Part shown: piece by piece, positions 62,279-64,000 of the stretch
How the letters are laid out: every line of letters starts with the position of its first letter
Numbering within the stretch: position 1 is the stretch's first letter
Assembly: GCA_964016885.1 (NCBI GenBank)
Contig: OZ024747.1
Span: 11,346,001-11,410,000 of the forward strand
Origin: Eledone cirrhosa
Taxonomy: Eukaryota
Direction: 5' to 3'
DNA length: 64,000 nucleotides
The notes under the pieces: model-generated
Told to the model about the DNA's origin: nothing
Databases searched by the model: none
Seen by the model: the letters and a program-made list of their open reading frames with translations, nothing else
Made by a program: the position numbers and the translations under genes

Positions 62279-62531
62279 ACTGCACTAGTATCGACATGTA
62301 GTGTAAGGAAGAGAACTGCACTGGTATCGACATGTAGTGTAAGGAAGAGAACTGCACTGGTATCGACATGTAGTGTAAGGAAGAGAACTGCACTGGTATC
62401 GACATGTAGTGTAAGGAAGAGAACTGCACTGGTATCGACTATCGACATGTAGTGTAAGGAAGAGAACTGCACTGGTATTGACATGTAGTGTATGGAAGAG
62501 GAGTGCCCTGGTATCGACATGTAGTGTAAGG
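62279..62531. repeat. 36-bp minisatellite (ACTGCACTGGTATCGACATGTAGTGTAAGGAAGAGA)
   Basis: About 7 tandem copies; a 12-aa periodic ORF on the minus strand. Confidence 0.92.
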
Positions 62532-63060
62532 TAATGATCTAAGTAGAAGGAAGACAGAAGCGTTCAGACCTGATATCAGGATGGTGATGGTTGGTATGGC
62601 TGGTGATGGTGGTGGTTATGATGACAATGATACTGCTGCTGATAGTGATGTTTGTAATGGAAGTGAAGATGTTGATTGGTAGATTTATTAAGTGTTTTCA
62701 TTCTAAACACACACTGACATACACTAACTTGTACGTGTGTGTGTATATATATATATATATAAATCATCATCATCATCATTGTTGTTTTTACATAGGTTTT
62801 TTTTCCATGCTTGGGTTGGACAGGTCCTTCTGAGCATGGCATCTCTCCACTCGCCATGTTTCTTTGTCATTTCCTGTGAGTCTCAGTGATTTGTGGTCAG
62901 CTCTCATCAACTCTGTCCAGGTCTTGGTCTACCTCTACTGAGGTCAGCTCTCATCACCTCTGGCCACGTCTTTCTCAGTCTACCTCTGCTGTGGCTTCTT
63001 TTCACTGGCATTTCTTCACCCTTTTCTCCTGCATACCACCTCAGATTCTTATGTAGAGAA

Positions 63061-63270
63061 ATAACTTCTACAGAACTAGAACTGCTTCATTCATATGAAA
63101 TCATCATTTCATACGAATGAAACAGTTCTAGTCCTGTAGAAGTTATTTGGGATAGTAGAGTGTAACAATATTAGAGAGAGTTGGGGCTCGACGGCTGAGG
63201 TCTTGCAGCATATGGAATTAGGTATTGAAATGGCAAGAGCTCAGCCATTGGGCCCTGACTATCTCTAATA
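63061..63270. mobile_element. Two adjacent fold-back elements (63061-63146, family A; 63169-63270, family of 57854)
   Basis: ATAACTTCTACAG...CTGTAGAAGTTAT, and TATTAGAGAGAGTTGGGGC...GCCCTGACTATCTCTAATA. Confidence 0.65.
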
Positions 63271-64000
63271 TCGGGCATAGCAACCTCCCTAGTGTTGATG
63301 ATCTACATGATAAATGCACCCAGTACTCTCTGTCAAGTGGTTGGTGATAGGAAGGACATCCAGCTGTAGAAATCTTGCCAGACAAAAGGTTGGGAGGACC
63401 TTCAGTTGTGTCAAAGGCATGACAGCCTCTCCTGAGCAATTGATGGAACGTGAGACCATACATAAGTGAGACGCAGCTCACTGGTTTGTCTGGGAGATCA
63501 GTGGCTCTGCATCACTACAGACTTGGTCTTCTATATGGATCCATCCAACCCATGCTAGCAGGGAATGTGTATGTTAAAATGACAATGATGAGATATATAT
63601 ATATATGTGTGTATATGTGTGTATACGTGTGTATGTGTATACCCCAGCTGGAGGTCGTGTCAACAAACATTGAAAGATTGACAGGAAAGAGAAAGTAAAA
63701 ACATCTCAGATTCATCAATGGATCATTGTACTACTTCTGGTTACACAAAGCTATCATTACCACCACCACCATCATTACCACCACTGCCATCATTACCACA
63801 GCCGCCATCATTACCACCATCACCACCATCATTATCACCACCACCACCATCACCATCAACACCATCATTAACACTACCACCATCACCAAACACACACACA
63901 TATATATATATATATTATGTGTGTGTGTTTCCATGTCTGTGTTTATGTTCTGTAACTTAGCAGTTCAACAATAAAGAGATTGATCAAATAAATACTGGGG

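Overview
AT-rich, repeat-dense animal genomic DNA. The SINE families and simple-repeat load suggest an octopod cephalopod (inference). Two protein-coding genes are supported, both on the + strand. PDCD4 has 9 coding exons (26730-49537) that splice by hand through GT-AG introns into 1380 nt / 459 aa. IMMP1L-like (mitochondrial inner-membrane peptidase 1) has an intact, intron-free CDS at 60843-61325. Almost all other listed ORFs are microsatellite or minisatellite artefacts. The rest of the window holds a 6.1-kb 37-bp satellite with higher-order structure, very large (TA)n-derived arrays, tRNA-derived SINEs, RTE, CR1 and CRE-like LINE fragments, and two MITE-like elements. The most striking unexplained structure is a set of about 8 fold-back palindromes from several unrelated sequence families. 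They tend to share one layout: inverted arm plus arm, a one-sided tail often containing TTGAGTAC, and (TA)n neighbours. Several carry minimal hammerhead-ribozyme cores, as expected for Penelope-like retroelement ends. Some lie inside PDCD4 introns. Repeat boundaries were read by eye and are approximate.
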